A DNA stretch of 64,000 bases. Origin: an uncultured bacterium. Its GTDB lineage: Bacteria > Verrucomicrobiota > Kiritimatiellia > RFP12 > UBA1067. The position numbers and the translations under genes are program-made. Of the stretch, positions 61,751 to 64,000 are shown piece by piece. Each line of letters begins with the position of its first letter. The first letter of the stretch is position 1. The notes under the pieces were generated by a model. It was not told the DNA's origin, made no database searches, and worked only from the letters and a program-made list of their open reading frames with translations. The stretch is taken from assembly GCA_902764415.1 (NCBI GenBank), contig CACWVU010000001.1:1133-65132 (forward strand), given 5' to 3'.

Positions 61751-63109
61751 ATGAGCGAAACGACATGGTGGCTGCGTACGCAGGACGAGACGTTTGGTCC
61801 CGAGCCCGAGAGCAGGCTCGTGGAGTGGGCGAGGATGGGACGCATCCAGCCTGGGCAGGAGGTCTCGTCCGACGAGATCGTCTGGCGCCGGGTTGAGGAG
61901 GTGCCATTCCTCGACATGCGCTTCTCGATCGACATCGGCGACGGCAACCCGCGCGGTCCGTTCAACAAGGCGGCGGCCGAGGCGCTGCTCGCGAGCGGGA
62001 GGCTGCCGCCGACGGCATCGCTCGTCGAGGTGCGCGCGCCGTTCGAGGAGCCGGCGTCGGAGGAACCGCCGCCCGCGCCGGCGGCGGAAGACTCCGCGGC
62101 GACGGATGCGACGACGGATGCGAAGCCGGACGAGAAGGTAGTCGAGAAGATCGTCGAGAAGGAAGTGCGCGTCGAAGTGCCGGTGGAGAAGATCGTAGAG
62201 AAGGTGGTCGAGAAGGTGGTGGTGGACGAGTCGCGCGTCAAGGAGCTGGAGGGCCTGCTCGAGGAGGAGCGCCGCCACACCGCCGACCTCCAGCGGCGGC
62301 TTGACGAGACGATCAAGTCCTCGGCCGACGCGCGCTCGGAGCTCATCTCGAAGAACGAGGCGCTCGTCGCCCAGCGCGACGTGTACGCGGGCGAGATCCG
62401 CGAGGCCAACGCCCGCGCCGAGAAGCTGTCCGAGCAGGTGGTGGCGCTCGAGGACGAGCTCAAGCGCCTGCCGGCGGCGGCGAGCGAGATCGCCGACACC
62501 CAGGCCGCGGTGTTCAAGATCATGCAGGACGAGATCTCGGAACTCGACGGGGTGATCGCGGGCGAGCAGGCGGAGTTCGAGGAGTTCCGCCGCCGCCACC
62601 AGGCCCGCGCCGACCGGCTGGCCGAGCGCCGCCGCGAGATCCTGCGCCGCTCCGGCGGCAACATCGAGGAGATGACCCGCCGCGCGCTGGTGGAGCGTCC
62701 CGAGGATCCGCGCACGGCGCAGCTCCGGCGCGAGCTCGAGGAGCTCCGGCGCGTGCACGAGAAGTCGGTGCTCGACAACGAGGCGAAGGTCCGCTCGCTC
62801 AACGACAGCCTCCGCCGCGAGCAGACCGACCGCGCCCGCGCCGACCAGGACATGCGCGACGTCAAGGAGCTGCGCGAGGAGGCTCAGCGCCTCCGCGAGA
62901 AGCTGCAGCTCGCCGAGAAGGAGCTCCTCAACGAGCGCCAGCGCAGCGAGGAGCTGCGCCAGCGCGAGGCGATGGGCAAGCAGGCGCTGATGGCGCGGCT
63001 CGCGACGCTTGAGTCGCCGGCCCTCGGCGCCGCCAGCACCGCCGCGTCCAACCAGAGCCGCGAGGCGAAGCTCGTGAAGCTTCCGAGCTGGATGCGCCTC
63101 AAGAACTGA
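61751..63109 (+). CDS. GYF_2-like double-domain protein with one [21 protein letters not shown] unit and a long C-terminal coiled coil
   Basis: WWLRTQDETFGPE...LVEWARMGRI and the second module GDGNPRGPFNKAAAEALLASGRL. Repeat at 62132-62226. ~250 aa E/R/L-rich heptad-like region. Confidence 0.7.
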   Translation: MSETTWWLRTQDETFGPEPESRLVEWARMGRIQPGQEVSSDEIVWRRVEEVPFLDMRFSIDIGDGNPRGPFNKAAAEALLASGRLPPTASLVEVRAPFEEPASEEPPPAPAAEDSAATDATTDAKPDEKVVEKIVEKEVRVEVPVEKIVEKVVEKVVVDESRVKELEGLLEEERRHTADLQRRLDETIKSSADARSELISKNEALVAQRDVYAGEIREANARAEKLSEQVVALEDELKRLPAAASEIADTQAAVFKIMQDEISELDGVIAGEQAEFEEFRRRHQARADRLAERRREILRRSGGNIEEMTRRALVERPEDPRTAQLRRELEELRRVHEKSVLDNEAKVRSLNDSLRREQTDRARADQDMRDVKELREEAQRLREKLQLAEKELLNERQRSEELRQREAMGKQALMARLATLESPALGAASTAASNQSREAKLVKLPSWMRLKN

Positions 63110-64000
63110 TGAACGCAGTCCTCGCACTGCTGGCCGTGCTGTCGGTCTGGGACTACCCGGCGCGGCAGCCGAGGCACGACGCGCTCCGGCGGCAGTTCGT
63201 CGCCGCGGTCCGCGAAGGCGACACCGCGACGATGGAGGAGACGAGCCGCAGGGGAATGGAGCTCCTTCCCGATGACCCGACCTGGCGCTACAACCACGCC
63301 TGCTCGCTCGCGTGGTTTCCCGACCGCGCGAAGGAGGCGCTGGACGAGCTCGAGAAGGCGATCGACCTCGGCTACCGCGACAGCGCGGCGATCGCGAAGG
63401 ACTCCGACCTCAGCCGGCTCGCGGGCGAGCGCCGCTTCGAGGAGCTGGTCGAGTACGCGAAGCTGATGAAGTCGCGTCCGATCCTCTTCGGCCCGATGGC
63501 GGTCGTCAGCGCGACTGGCGTCGTCGGCACGCCGGTCGCGCTCGGCGAGCAGAACCTCGCCTGGGACTTCGACACCGGCTCCTTCGAGGCGAAGCTGAAG
63601 CTCGCCCCCGGCACCGCGGGCGGAAACGCCGGCGACCTCTACATGAACCGCGACGGCGACCACTCGCGTCCGCGCCTCGCCAACTTCCCGGGGATCACCG
63701 AGGTCAGGTTCGACCAGGAGGGGCGCCGCCGGCAGATGGACATCGGCGAGCCCAACGTGTGCTTCCCGTATCCGCTCTTCGGCAACTGCTCGCGCGCCTA
63801 CACCGAGGAGGTGTTCGGCAAGTTCTGGCGGTCGATCCCGCGCGCGATGACGACGACCCACGCCTACCGGCTAAGGGCGATGCAGAAGTTCTACCTCTCC
63901 AACCAGGTCTGGGTGATCCCCGGCCACGCGGACACCGCGCCGGTCGGCACCAACGGCGACGTCTTCGCCTCCATCACCCCCTACTGGCTCACGACCGCCG
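63109..64000 (+). CDS. Hypothetical protein with N-terminal hydrophobic segment and TPR-like motif, 3' end beyond window
   Basis: Not in the ORF track because there is no stop in the window. Hand translation MNAVLALLAVLSVWDYP...DPTWRYNHACSLAWFPDRAKEALDELEKAIDLGYRD... is open for 297 codons. ATG shares a base with the upstream stop (TGATG). GC3-rich like its neighbours. Confidence 0.6.
   Translation, partial: MNAVLALLAVLSVWDYPARQPRHDALRRQFVAAVREGDTATMEETSRRGMELLPDDPTWRYNHACSLAWFPDRAKEALDELEKAIDLGYRDSAAIAKDSDLSRLAGERRFEELVEYAKLMKSRPILFGPMAVVSATGVVGTPVALGEQNLAWDFDTGSFEAKLKLAPGTAGGNAGDLYMNRDGDHSRPRLANFPGITEVRFDQEGRRRQMDIGEPNVCFPYPLFGNCSRAYTEEVFGKFWRSIPRAMTTTHAYRLRAMQKFYLSNQVWVIPGHADTAPVGTNGDVFASITPYWLTTA

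Noticed and set aside
60860-63127. 755-aa and 602-aa minus-strand ORFs (also 61057..62865)
   Set aside because: Antisense to the two GYF/repeat genes. Their S/T/R-rich repeats are simply the reverse-frame reading of the VEKIVEKEV repeat. No start context, and they run against a promoter and terminator that serve the + strand.
1-64000. rRNA and tRNA genes, tmRNA, known riboswitches
   Set aside because: I scanned all intergenic gaps over ~60 nt by eye for cloverleaf-like acceptor/T-arm patterns and conserved riboswitch cores and recognised none. A covariance-model scan is still needed to be sure.

Overview
High-GC bacterial chromosomal window (single hand-counted 60-nt lines give ~65% GC in the backbone and ~42% in AT-richer patches). 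Every gene I can support is on the + strand, and many are translationally coupled. I found no rRNA, tRNA, CRISPR array, integrase or classical IS.

Layout:
(1) 0-17.7 kb, housekeeping: a GH2 fragment, a PaaK-like ligase, a MurC-like ligase, purL, a GDP-mannose enzyme, a five-gene polyamine operon (speA-speE-speB-CASDH-CASDC), truA, a GT4 and rubrerythrin.
(2) 17.8-24.8 kb: a tightly coupled four-gene SMC-ATPase/Toprim system with the parts list of Wadjet (JetABCD/MksBEFG-type anti-plasmid condensin) but in the permuted order B-C-D-A. It runs straight into an HUH Y1 transposase-like gene and a 5-formyl-THF cyclo-ligase::membrane-domain fusion.
(3) 27.9-32.3 kb: Nudix, GT32-like, a GT-C-like membrane protein and a heparinase II/III-like enzyme.
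(4) 32.3-58.6 kb: a mosaic surface-glycan locus. It encodes SDRs, a TPP enzyme, a pyruvyl transferase, five GT2s, an IspD/TarI-SDR-LicD module, glf plus an internally deleted glf copy, a Wzx-like flippase, a CMP-sugar synthetase, a sialyltransferase-like GT, a deacetylase, GT11 and GT10 fucosyltransferases and an O-acyltransferase. Three divergent AAA+ (DUF4143-type) ATPase cassettes punctuate it, each with its own upstream tandem-repeat array and an apparently leaderless promoter.
(5) 59.9-64 kb: a UmuD'-like S24 peptidase, a histone H1-like KKAP protein, two GYF-domain proteins carrying [16 protein letters not shown] repeats, and a TPR-like ORF running off the window.

Recurrent non-genic signals: a conserved TGGTATAAT(A)CACGC promoter module, a GTTGAAAR octamer-array repeat that has entered two coding regions, GGGGAC-N-GTCCCC palindromes, and a 41-nt inverted repeat bracketing the truA promoter (a candidate invertible switch).

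All family calls come from motif recognition by eye. No database search was run.
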